From NCBI GenBank assembly GCA_043767805.1, contig JAYUGC010000104.1, positions 1 to 29,478 of the forward strand: a DNA stretch of 29,478 bases, given 5' to 3'. Below, in pieces: positions 1 to 8,384 of the stretch (its first letter is position 1; the number at the start of each line of letters is the position of its first letter). The stretch is from Pseudomonadota bacterium. Lineage in GTDB: Bacteria > Bdellovibrionota > FAC87 > UBA2466. The position numbers and the translations under genes were made by a program. The notes beneath the pieces are model-generated. The model did no database searches and was not told the origin of the DNA. It was given only the letters and a program-made list of their open reading frames with translations.

Positions 1-1
1 C

Positions 2-721
2 TTCCTGATTCTTGCGGCCCTCTTACTGGCAATTCCGTCTTTCGGCGACGAAATCGCTCCGAAGGTCACTGGGACGCCCAAGGAAAAGACGGTCGAGGCT
101 TCCAATATGGGCGCCATCAAGGAAGTGAATCCGCATGAAGAGGAGCTCGCCGCTCCACCCGGTGACAACTACGGAAAACCCCACGGCATGCTCGGTGATT
201 TCACCGTCGGGCCGAAGGTAACTCTTTTTGGAGCGGTAGTTCCTTTTCGTCTAGGGCTCGAAGGTAAGTGGAAAAATCTGGTGGGCTTCGGTTTCGACTA
301 CGGCTTTTTTCCGACACTTACCCTCAGCAGTATTTCGGTAGGCATGAAAAGCTGGAGCTTCACCGGCAAATTCTATCCGTGGAGAGGCGCCTTTTATGTA
401 GGCGTCGGATTGGGTTCCCAAACGTTTACCGGTTCCAAAACCGATCTAACCATCCCCGATACTCTTACCCTCGATACGAAGACCACTTTTTTCCTGCCGG
501 GAATCGGTTGGCGCTGGGTGGTTAAATCCGGCTTCTTCTTCGGCATGGAGCTCGCCCTCCAAGTGCCCATGAGTACCACGACGACGCCGACCCATTCTAA
601 TCCGGCTGCCACCGGTCCGGCGGCGACCCAGCTTAACGCGGACGTTTCCGAAAAAGCCAATTCCCTGGGCAACTCGACCCTGCCGTCACTTGCGCTTTTG
701 CAGTTCGGGTTCCTGCTCTAG
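2..721 (+). CDS. Putative outer-membrane beta-barrel protein, 5'-truncated by the window edge
   Basis: The frame of ORF 107..721 is open back to base 2 and reads FLILAALLLAIPSFG-DEIAPK..., a signal-peptide-like stretch, so the real start lies upstream of the window. Alternating aromatic/Gly strands (VGFGFDYGF, GAFYVGVGLG, PGIGWRW, GFFFGMELAL) and C-terminus LLQFGFLL. Confidence 0.7.
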   Translation, partial: FLILAALLLAIPSFGDEIAPKVTGTPKEKTVEASNMGAIKEVNPHEEELAAPPGDNYGKPHGMLGDFTVGPKVTLFGAVVPFRLGLEGKWKNLVGFGFDYGFFPTLTLSSISVGMKSWSFTGKFYPWRGAFYVGVGLGSQTFTGSKTDLTIPDTLTLDTKTTFFLPGIGWRWVVKSGFFFGMELALQVPMSTTTTPTHSNPAATGPAATQLNADVSEKANSLGNSTLPSLALLQFGFLL

Positions 722-1143
722 ACCGCGTCGTTACGAATACCCATTAAACGGAACTGCTCCTCGGACGTAAGAGGCTGAAAGCCAAACCGCGCGTAGAGAC
801 CGTGCGCGTCCTTCGTCGCCAGTAAAAAGCGGCGAAGGCCCTGAAGGTCTTTCTCGGCGAGGATGGCTTCCATGATCCACTTCGATAGACCTTGGCCGCG
901 AAAGGCCTCGTCCACGAAGACGTCGCAAAGATAGGCGAACGTCGAGTAATCGGTCACGACTCGCGCGAAAGCCACTTGTTTGTCCGCCGAGTAGACGCCG
1001 TAGCACAGAGAGTGCTCGAGACTTTTGTGGAGGGTCTCGAGAGAGCGGTTCGCCGCCCAATGACTACGTTTCAGAAAACCATGGAGCGTTGGCAGCTGCA
1101 GCCGTGCCCTGTCGGTACTGAGCTCAAGCTCGCCTCGCTTCAA
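718..1143 (-). CDS. GNAT family N-acetyltransferase
   Basis: Motifs [21 protein letters not shown], acetyl-CoA loop [25 protein letters not shown] start overlaps the stop of the upstream mutase gene. Confidence 0.92.
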   Translation of the reverse strand: MKRGELELSTDRARLQLPTLHGFLKRSHWAANRSLETLHKSLEHSLCYGVYSADKQVAFARVVTDYSTFAYLCDVFVDEAFRGQGLSKWIMEAILAEKDLQGLRRFLLATKDAHGLYARFGFQPLTSEEQFRLMGIRNDAV

Positions 1144-2669
1144 GGCCGGTACCTGCCGAAAACCGCGGTGAGCGTTTCACAAACTTCGCCGAGCGTGACT
1201 CTCTTTTTGACCGCGTCCAGAATGAGCGGCATGAGGTTCACGCTTTCTTTCGCGCCTCTTTCCAAAGCGTCGCGAGACGCGAGCCCCGCCTTCGAATCCC
1301 GAGAGGCGCGCAATTTCTTCAAGCGCTCCACCTGATCTTTTTCGATGCGCGGATCGATTTCGAGAACCGGCGGCGAAGCCGACTTGTTGTCCAGAAACTC
1401 GTTCTGGCCGACGATGATGCGCCTCTTGCTCTCGATTTCCATTTGATACTGATACGCGGCCTCTTGAATGAGGCTCTGCTGCCAGCCCTGCTCGATGCAA
1501 GCGACTACGCCGCCCTTTGATTCGATGGTCTGGATGAGCTTTCTCGCCTCCGTCTCGATCTCGTCGGTCATGGCTTCGATGGCATAGGAGCCGCCCATCG
1601 GATCGACGACGCCGGGAACGCCGCTCTCGTAAGCGAGGACTTGCTGGGTCCGAAGCGCGAGGGTTGCCGCCTCTTCCGTCGGAAGGCCTAAAGCTTCATC
1701 GCGGGAATTGGTATGCACCGACTGCGCGCCTCCCAAGACCGCCGACAAACATTGCGTGGTGACCCGCACGACGTTCGTGTCGACTTGGTTTGCGATCAAA
1801 GTGCTTCCGGCCGTCTGGCAATGAAAGCGCAGCATGGAAGATTTCGGATCCTTCGGCTTGAACCGCTCTTGCATGAGCTTCGCCCAGAGGCGGCGAGCGG
1901 CGCGGAATTTAGCGATCTCTTCGAGGAAATCGTTGTGCGCGTTGAAGAAGAACGAAAGCCTTGGCGCGAAGTCGTCGATGGCGAGCCCGCGATCGAGCGC
2001 CGCTTGCACATAAGCGAGACCGTCCGAAAGGGTGAACGCCACTTCTTGGATGGCGGTGCTTCCCGCTTCGCGGATGTGATAGCCGCTGATGGAAATCGTG
2101 TTCCAGTTGGGCACTTCGTTTTTACAAAACTCGAACACGTCGCTGATGAGCCTCAAGGAAGGCTTCGGCGGAAAGATGTAGGTCCCCCGCGCGATGTACT
2201 CCTTGAGCACGTCGTTTTGAATCGTGCCGCGAATTTTTTCGCGAGGAATGCCGAGGCTATCTCCCACGGCGAGATAGAACGAAAGCAAAATGGGCGCCGT
2301 CGCGTTGATCGTCATCGACGTGCTGATGGTATCAAGCGGAAGCCCGTCGAGGACCAAGTGCATGTCGTCCAAAGAGCTGATGGCGACACCGACTCGGCCA
2401 ACTTCACCTTGAGCGAGCGAATGGTCGGAGTCGTAACCCATCTGAGTGGGAAGGTCGAAAGCGACCGAAAGTCCCGTGGTCCCTTGAGAGAGCAGGTACT
2501 TGTAGCGCAGGTTCGAAGCGCGCGCGTCCCCGAAACCGGCGTACTGCCGCATGGTCCAAACCCGTTTTGTGTACATGGTCGGATGGACGCCGCGGGTGTA
2601 GGGAAACTCCCCGGCCTTCTCCAGGGGGGCCTTCGGGCCGTCCCCAGGGCCATAAAGGATCTTTTTCAT
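1140..2669 (-). CDS. mcmA: Methylmalonyl-CoA mutase, substrate-binding (N-terminal/alpha) subunit without B12-binding domain
   Basis: FPYTRG..MY...[71 protein letters not shown]. Tyr in RQYAG and Arg in YIARG are the methylmalonyl-CoA-type residues. No DxHxxG cobalamin motif. Confidence 0.93.
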   Translation of the reverse strand: MKKILYGPGDGPKAPLEKAGEFPYTRGVHPTMYTKRVWTMRQYAGFGDARASNLRYKYLLSQGTTGLSVAFDLPTQMGYDSDHSLAQGEVGRVGVAISSLDDMHLVLDGLPLDTISTSMTINATAPILLSFYLAVGDSLGIPREKIRGTIQNDVLKEYIARGTYIFPPKPSLRLISDVFEFCKNEVPNWNTISISGYHIREAGSTAIQEVAFTLSDGLAYVQAALDRGLAIDDFAPRLSFFFNAHNDFLEEIAKFRAARRLWAKLMQERFKPKDPKSSMLRFHCQTAGSTLIANQVDTNVVRVTTQCLSAVLGGAQSVHTNSRDEALGLPTEEAATLALRTQQVLAYESGVPGVVDPMGGSYAIEAMTDEIETEARKLIQTIESKGGVVACIEQGWQQSLIQEAAYQYQMEIESKRRIIVGQNEFLDNKSASPPVLEIDPRIEKDQVERLKKLRASRDSKAGLASRDALERGAKESVNLMPLILDAVKKRVTLGEVCETLTAVFGRYRP

Positions 2670-2675
2670 TCCGGC

Positions 2676-2704
2676 AGCTTAGAGACAGTCCCGGCGGATC
2701 GCAA
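2676..2704 (-). promoter_or_regulatory. Sigma70-type promoter for the mutase gene, probably leaderless
   Basis: Minus strand TTGCGA(2704-2699)-N17-TAAGCT(2681-2676), followed 6 nt later by the ATG at 2669. Confidence 0.6.
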
Positions 2705-2733
2705 CCCCCTCCTAGCCAGTCTTATCTGGGCGG

Positions 2734-2762
2734 TTGAACCGGGGGGCCCAAATTGGTAGGTT
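2734..2762 (+). promoter_or_regulatory. Sigma70-type promoter for ldh
   Basis: TTGAAC(2734-2739)-N17-TAGGTT(2757-2762) with extended -10 TG at 2754-2755, 33 nt before the ATG at 2796. Confidence 0.5.
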
Positions 2763-2795
2763 GGGCGTTTTTAGACCGTTCCCGAGGCACGTTTA

Positions 2796-3902
2796 ATGAG
2801 CAAAATCGAAACGATTTTCCAGAGCGATCACGAAGAAGTCGTATTTTTCAACGACCCGGCGGTGGGACTAAAAGCCATCGTCGCGATCCACAACACCCAG
2901 CTAGGTCCTGCCTTGGGCGGTTGCCGTATGTGGAATTACGATAGCGTCGATCAAGCCGTGGAAGACGCGCTCCGGCTCTCCCGGGGAATGACTTACAAGG
3001 CGGCGGTGGCGGGGTTGAACCTCGGCGGCGGCAAGGGCGTCATCATCGCCGATCCCAAGAAGGATAAGTCCGAAGCGCTTTTTCGCAGCTACGGCGCCTT
3101 CATTGAATCTTTGAACGGCCGTTACATCACGGCGGAAGACGTCGGTACCGACGTCAACGATATGGAATACATTTTCATGGAGACCACCAACGTGGTCGGC
3201 GTCGAGTTAACCCACGGCGGCTCGGGAGATCCCTCTCCTTGGACGGCTAAAGGCGTTCTCGAAGGCATGCGCGCCTGCGTGGAAGTGAAGTTCGGCCGTA
3301 CGGAACTCAAAGGGCTTTCCGTCGCGGTTCAGGGAGCGGGCGCTGTCGGCCGCAATCTCGTGGAGCTCTTCACTCAGAACGGCATGAAAGTTTTTCTGAC
3401 CGACATTGACGCGGGCCGGGTCGCGCCCTTCCGCGGTCGGGAGAACGTGGAAGTCGTTTCCTCCGAAGAAATTTACGAATTGCCCGTCGACATCTTTTGC
3501 CCCTCGGCGCTAGGCGCCATCTTGAACGAGCGGACCATTCCGAAGCTAAAGTGCAAGATCGTGGCGGGAAGCGCGAACAACCAGCTAGCGACACCCGAAT
3601 CGGGTGACGAGCTTTATCGGCGCGGCATTCTCTATGCTCCCGACTACGCGTTAAACGCGGGCGGCTTGATGAACGTGTCCATCGAGTTCGAAGGCTACGA
3701 CGAGACCCGGGCCAATCGCATGATCCGCAATATCTATTACGTCATGAAGGCGATCCTCGCTCAGTCTCACGCCGAGAGCACGCCCGAGTATCGTTGCGCC
3801 GACCGGGTCGCCGAACGGCGCATTGCCGAGATCAGCCGCTTGCGGGGCCGCTACATGGGGCATACCAAGCCCATGTTCAAGGGCCGGATCGATCGAAGAT
3901 AA
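2796..3902 (+). CDS. ldh: Leucine/valine dehydrogenase (Glu/Leu/Phe/Val dehydrogenase family)
   Basis: GPALGGCRM, MTYKAAVAGLNLGGGKGVI, YITAEDVGT, GDPSPWTAKGV, Rossmann VQGAGAVG, GSANNQL, YAPDYALNAGG; 368 aa as in LeuDH/ValDH. Confidence 0.9.
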   Translation: MSKIETIFQSDHEEVVFFNDPAVGLKAIVAIHNTQLGPALGGCRMWNYDSVDQAVEDALRLSRGMTYKAAVAGLNLGGGKGVIIADPKKDKSEALFRSYGAFIESLNGRYITAEDVGTDVNDMEYIFMETTNVVGVELTHGGSGDPSPWTAKGVLEGMRACVEVKFGRTELKGLSVAVQGAGAVGRNLVELFTQNGMKVFLTDIDAGRVAPFRGRENVEVVSSEEIYELPVDIFCPSALGAILNERTIPKLKCKIVAGSANNQLATPESGDELYRRGILYAPDYALNAGGLMNVSIEFEGYDETRANRMIRNIYYVMKAILAQSHAESTPEYRCADRVAERRIAEISRLRGRYMGHTKPMFKGRIDRR

Positions 3903-5066
3903 GTGAAGTCCCGACGTTTCATGCCCAAGCGCTACCAACTTTCCAAAGACGGAGTCCGCATCGCGGCTTCCGGCCATCCTTGGATTTTCCGTAGCCATTT
4001 GAGTACCGCGGCTGCCGTTTTTAAGGACGGTCAGTGGCTCGAGTTGCTCGACGGGCGCAACGAAGTCGTCGCCTACGGTGTGTATCAGGCCGAAGGGCTC
4101 ATCGGCGTCCGCGTCTTCGGGGGCGGGACCGAAGCCCCTACGGCGGCGGTGCTTTCCAAGCGTATCGACGCCATTCTCGCCCGCCGCAACCATTTGCGTA
4201 ATTTCACTAACTCCATTCGCGCGGTTCACGGAGACAATGACGGCATTCCCGGCGTGGTCATCGACGTCTACGGCGAAAATCTGATTTTGCAGACCTACGC
4301 TTCGGGCGTGGACACGCTCGGCCGTTATATCGCGGCTCTCGTGCGCGCGAAGCTCAAGCTCAAGAACGGAGTTTGGAAGCAGCCTTCCCGTCGTCGCGCT
4401 CCGAAAAAAGAGCAACGTACGCTTTTTGGGCGTGCCCCCGGCAAAGTCGAGGTGAGGGAAGGAAAGCTCGTTTACTTCGTCGATCTCGCCGACGGACAAA
4501 AGTCGGGCGCCTTTCTCGATTTGCGAGGGCTTCGTAAATGGATCACCTTGCAGAAGTGGGCCGGACTTCGCGTTCTCAATCTATTTAGCTACAGCGGTAC
4601 TCTGGGACTCGCCGCCGAAACGGCCGGCGCGCGCGAAGTCTGGAACGTCGACGTTTCGCAAGGCGCGCTCGATTTCGCGAAAAAGCACAACGCCAAGGTT
4701 CCCGGAGTTCAGAAGTACATCACCATGGATATTTTCGAGGGACTGGCTTCGAAGCTCGCGCCCCACGAGAAGTTCGACGTGATCATCGTGGATCCTCCCT
4801 CGATGGCGAGCGACAAGACGCAAGTGCCGAAGGCGCTTGCCACGTACCGCAAGATTTACCGTGAAGTCGCCAAGCACCTCACTGCCCGCGGCATGATCAT
4901 CGGAGGGTGCTGCACCTCCCGCATTTCCCGCGAAGAGTTCCGGCGCACCGTCGACGAATCTCTGCGCCCCGGCCTAAAGCTCACGAAAAGCCTCGCGTCC
5001 GAAGACGATCATCCGGTCGCTTTTGCCGAGGGCGATTACCTTAAGCTCCTGATTTACAGTAAATAA
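3903..5066 (+). CDS. RlmI-like class I SAM-dependent RNA methyltransferase
   Basis: N-terminal PUA-like GHPWIF, HGDNDGIPGVVIDVYG, GQKSGAFLDLR, VLNLFSYSG, IVDPPS, EDDHP...EGDYLK. Start is GTG 3903 or ATG 3921. Confidence 0.85.
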   Translation: MKSRRFMPKRYQLSKDGVRIAASGHPWIFRSHLSTAAAVFKDGQWLELLDGRNEVVAYGVYQAEGLIGVRVFGGGTEAPTAAVLSKRIDAILARRNHLRNFTNSIRAVHGDNDGIPGVVIDVYGENLILQTYASGVDTLGRYIAALVRAKLKLKNGVWKQPSRRRAPKKEQRTLFGRAPGKVEVREGKLVYFVDLADGQKSGAFLDLRGLRKWITLQKWAGLRVLNLFSYSGTLGLAAETAGAREVWNVDVSQGALDFAKKHNAKVPGVQKYITMDIFEGLASKLAPHEKFDVIIVDPPSMASDKTQVPKALATYRKIYREVAKHLTARGMIIGGCCTSRISREEFRRTVDESLRPGLKLTKSLASEDDHPVAFAEGDYLKLLIYSK

Positions 5067-5072
5067 TCGCTC

Positions 5073-5204
5073 ATCCACGATTCGAATGCCTCTCATCAAA
5101 AAGGCTGATTTCCGTCCGCGCCGTCGTTCGGGCCATATGTCCGTCACAAGGAGACTCACGAAGCGTTCGCCGATCTCTTCCTGAAGGCACTCGAAGAGAA
5201 ATAG
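5073..5204 (+). pseudogene. Possible decayed 3' remnant of an alpha/beta hydrolase gene
   Basis: Fragments in shifting frames read IHDSN / PLIKKADF...SGH / YVRHKETHEAFADLFLKALEEK-stop, resembling the GHxxxxExxExF C-terminal catalytic-His segment of alpha/beta hydrolases. No intact ORF. Confidence 0.25.
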
Positions 5205-5267
5205 GAGCGCGCCTCATTGCCGAGAGGGACGGCCATACGCTATGACTAACTCCATTGGGGAGGTCTT

Positions 5268-6113
5268 ATGCGCCTTTGGTTAACGGGTTTTTTCCTTCTG
5301 TCCCTCTCGGCTTACGCCGGTCCTTTGCCTAAAATTAAAACGAGCTGCGTGGATGTCGAGCAGCCGCTGCCTTGGTCCTACTGCATCACCACCACGGACG
5401 GCAGCCGCAACCGAGACCTTCTCTATCATTTTCACGGCAAGGGCCTCAATGAGAAGACCTGGACCGAGACGGATTATTTCACTGGCATGGTCCGCACTGA
5501 ATGGGCCCGTCAGCGCGTCGAGCCCCCGGCGGTCATTTCGATTTCCTTCGGGCCTATCTGGCTTCTCGTCGAAAAAAATACGAGTGAAGCAAGCGGGCTT
5601 TTCGAAGTGTTTACGAAAGTGGTGATGCCGACCGTAGAGAAGAGCCTCAAAGGCTTCTCGGGACGGCGGCTTCTGGTGGGCGAGTCCATGGGTGGATTCA
5701 ATGCCACCCAAGTCGCCTTGAAAGGGAAGGGGTTCGCGAAGGTCGCCATCCTTTGTCCTCCCATGGCGTCTTTTTCGCCGTTCTCGCCCCAGGCCGACAT
5801 CGACAAATATATCGCGACGACCAAGGCAAAGCCGGCCCTCGTGAAAGAGATTTTGGAACTGAGCCATTACTATCTGCCGGAAGAGGCGGATTGGAAAATC
5901 ACCTCTCCCCTGGATTTGGCCCGCAGTCGCCTGAATGTGAAAAGCCCGGCCTTGTACGTTTCGTGTGGTCTCTACGACGAGTATGGATTTTTTACGGGCG
6001 CGGAGGCGTTCGCCGCCTTGGGCGCGTCTCGGGGCGCGCGAGTAGAGTGGCGGCCGGTATACGGAGGCCATTGCGCCACCGATGCGGTATCTCTAGCCGC
6101 GTTTCTGCGCTAA
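5268..6113 (+). CDS. Secreted alpha/beta hydrolase (esterase family)
   Basis: SD GGAGG upstream; signal peptide MRLWLTGFFLLSLSAYA; LYHFHGKG oxyanion region, nucleophile GESMGG, acid region CGLYDEYGF, catalytic His in YGGHC. Confidence 0.85.
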   Translation: MRLWLTGFFLLSLSAYAGPLPKIKTSCVDVEQPLPWSYCITTTDGSRNRDLLYHFHGKGLNEKTWTETDYFTGMVRTEWARQRVEPPAVISISFGPIWLLVEKNTSEASGLFEVFTKVVMPTVEKSLKGFSGRRLLVGESMGGFNATQVALKGKGFAKVAILCPPMASFSPFSPQADIDKYIATTKAKPALVKEILELSHYYLPEEADWKITSPLDLARSRLNVKSPALYVSCGLYDEYGFFTGAEAFAALGASRGARVEWRPVYGGHCATDAVSLAAFLR

Positions 6114-7210
6114 AGCGGATTAAACGCGAGGACGAGCTGCACTTCCCACAGCCGCTTCATACGCTCGAGCGCACTGTCGCCGAGCTCCACGCCGTAGGTG
6201 GCGAAGTTCACCCGGGTATGAGCGGGGAATTTCAAGCCGAAGCCAAACGTCGGGTAGAGCTGATGCAGTCCCGCGCGCAGATCGAAAATACGGCCACGGT
6301 ACTCCGCTCCAATATGGACTTTCTTCGGCCCCGGGATACTAGCCTCGAAAACGTGCCGGTAGTCGAAGGTGAGATTGAACTCGGTCAGCTTCGAAAGCGG
6401 ATAGCGAAATGCCGTGCCGAGGTGATAAGTCATTTTCAGATCGTCCGGGATATTGTTCTGCGATCCCAGCTTTCTAAAATGCACGCCGCCGACATTCTCG
6501 CTCAAAAAAGCGACGGTCCAATCGGGCCCGCCCTTGCCGAAGATGGGAAGCTTCGCCATGGCACCGACATTGATTCCGATGCCCCAGCCCGCTCCGAATT
6601 GCGTCTTCAGATAGTTGAAGATGGCGTTTTGAAAGTTCCCGACGTCGATGCCGATCTGGCTGATGAGGGTCTCGGTCGTCAGCACCGTATCGAGCGAGCT
6701 TCTTTGGAAAGCCCGGACGGACGCGCCGATAGAGAAAAAATCCGAGAAGGGGAAACCGCCTCCGAATATGAGGCCTACGTCATTGAACGTGTAGATGTCG
6801 GCAGTCGCACTAAGCGAGTTCAGATCGCGAAAGTCACTGAAGCTGCTCATGTTCTCGTAGAAAGAAATTCCAAAGTACTTCGTGACGAAAGTGGGACGTA
6901 CAGAGAACGCCATCGCCTGGAGATCCTGACGGATCAAATTATTGTAGTCGCCGTTGAAGATGGCATTGCCGATGCGGCTGAGCGTGTCCCGGCCGTCGAT
7001 TTTCAAGGCCACGTCAATCAAGTTGAAGTGGGCGCCCTTGATGCGGGCGAGACCCGCGGGGTTGTACCAAAGCGCGGTGGCGTCGTCGGAAATGGCGAGA
7101 AACGCGTTTCCCATGCCGAGGGCGCGCGTGCTTTGGAAGGACTCGCGCACGATCTCGGCGCTAGCTCCCAGGGTCCAGAGGGCGAAAATGAGGGTTAACG
7201 TTCGCTTCAT
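6110..7210 (-). CDS. PorV/FadL/TraF-like outer-membrane beta-barrel protein (paralog 2)
   Basis: Start reassigned to ATG 7210 (signal peptide MKRTLTLIFALWTLGASA), 1 nt after the stop of the upstream paralog. N-terminal motif RALGMGNAFLAISDDATALWYNPAGLA followed by amphipathic beta-strands. Confidence 0.75.
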   Translation of the reverse strand: MKRTLTLIFALWTLGASAEIVRESFQSTRALGMGNAFLAISDDATALWYNPAGLARIKGAHFNLIDVALKIDGRDTLSRIGNAIFNGDYNNLIRQDLQAMAFSVRPTFVTKYFGISFYENMSSFSDFRDLNSLSATADIYTFNDVGLIFGGGFPFSDFFSIGASVRAFQRSSLDTVLTTETLISQIGIDVGNFQNAIFNYLKTQFGAGWGIGINVGAMAKLPIFGKGGPDWTVAFLSENVGGVHFRKLGSQNNIPDDLKMTYHLGTAFRYPLSKLTEFNLTFDYRHVFEASIPGPKKVHIGAEYRGRIFDLRAGLHQLYPTFGFGLKFPAHTRVNFATYGVELGDSALERMKRLWEVQLVLAFNPL

Positions 7211-7211
7211 T

Positions 7212-8312
7212 TTAGAAATCGATGGTGTAACGAAGGTACATGCGCCGGTTGCCCGTACGCACTTCGCCATCGCCGATATCCTCGCCGTAAGTGCCGATCT
7301 CCAAGTCTCCGCCTTTCACGCGCCAGCCAAAGCCGGCGGTGAGGTAGAGCTGATTGGCTCCGAGCCACAAATAAAGATTCCGTTCGTTCTCAATTTGCAT
7401 GCCCACGTGCAATTTCTTTTGCCACGCATGCTCGACGAGTTCGATGTGCTTGAACTCCACGGCAAAGGTGCTTTTCCAGCCGCGCCACAAAATCGGGTGA
7501 ACGGAAATGGCCGCGTTAATGCTTCGCAAGATGGGGTCGGGCGCTTCGGTCGACGATTGATTGAGGATGGTGGTATGGGTGAACGTCGTGTCGAAGGCAT
7601 CCTTCACCACTACACCGAAAGTCGGGAGATACTTGAAGGGAAGGGTGAGTAGCATCCCGACGTTGACCCCGACCCCATACCCTTCCTTCATGAGGCGATT
7701 GGTCGTCGCTTTATCGACCAAAGCGGTATGCTCATAGAAGCCTTTGAGTTGATTGCGAAGGAGCGCGCGCGCGGAAACGCCGAACTTCAGGGTGTTTCCC
7801 GCCGCGTTGAATCCGTAGCCGATGGTACCGCCCACGTCATAACCGGAGTCCGTTTCCAAAACTTCTCCGGTGGATCGGCCGGCGTACCAGTAGGAACCGA
7901 GCAGGCTTACGGCAAAGCCGCGCCGGGCGAAAGCAGTGGTCCAGTTGTAACGAGAATAACCATATTGGCCCGGGTGGGCCTGAGCGTAGGCATACTGACG
8001 AGAGAGTCCCGTGGTTTTGGGGCCCACCAGGGCGCCGAAGGCGGTACCGCCCAAGACGACATCCAAAGCCACCGGAATGATTTCGCTACTGCGCCGGAAC
8101 TCTTTTGCTAGGCCCGCGGGATTATAGTAATTTGCGACATGACCCGTCGCATCAGCGGTGAACGCTTTTCCCATGGCGAGTGCCTGGGGGGAGTCGTAGT
8201 CGTTGAAGAGTTCGTCCAGCCCGTAGCTCTTGCCGATAAAGGGCGTGAGGAAAAACGAAATGACGATGAGCTTCCAGATCAGCCAGAAAATGTTTTTGAA
8301 GGAAGTCGTCAT
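7212..8312 (-). CDS. PorV/FadL/TraF-like outer-membrane beta-barrel protein (paralog 1)
   Basis: Hydrophobic N-terminal signal; QALAMGKAFTADATGHVANYYNPAGLA; C-terminal BAM-type signal YLRYTIDF. Confidence 0.75.
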   Translation of the reverse strand: MTTSFKNIFWLIWKLIVISFFLTPFIGKSYGLDELFNDYDSPQALAMGKAFTADATGHVANYYNPAGLAKEFRRSSEIIPVALDVVLGGTAFGALVGPKTTGLSRQYAYAQAHPGQYGYSRYNWTTAFARRGFAVSLLGSYWYAGRSTGEVLETDSGYDVGGTIGYGFNAAGNTLKFGVSARALLRNQLKGFYEHTALVDKATTNRLMKEGYGVGVNVGMLLTLPFKYLPTFGVVVKDAFDTTFTHTTILNQSSTEAPDPILRSINAAISVHPILWRGWKSTFAVEFKHIELVEHAWQKKLHVGMQIENERNLYLWLGANQLYLTAGFGWRVKGGDLEIGTYGEDIGDGEVRTGNRRMYLRYTIDF

Positions 8313-8339
8313 TTGCGATTGTGAAGGTTTTCACTTTTT

Positions 8340-8367
8340 TTATCGGCGTCCGCGCGGGTTCTCTATA
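8340..8367 (-). promoter_or_regulatory. Sigma28 (FliA)-type promoter for the barrel pair
   Basis: Minus strand TATA(8367-8364)-N16-GCCGATAA(8347-8340); the -10 is a perfect match to the sigma28 consensus, 27 nt before the ATG at 8312. Confidence 0.7.
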
Positions 8368-8384
8368 GGGCTAGGTGAGTCGCG

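Noticed and set aside
6110..8312. Conjugative element suggested by TraF-like similarity
   Set aside because: No relaxase, coupling protein, VirB4, integrase or compositional shift; genes sit among housekeeping genes.
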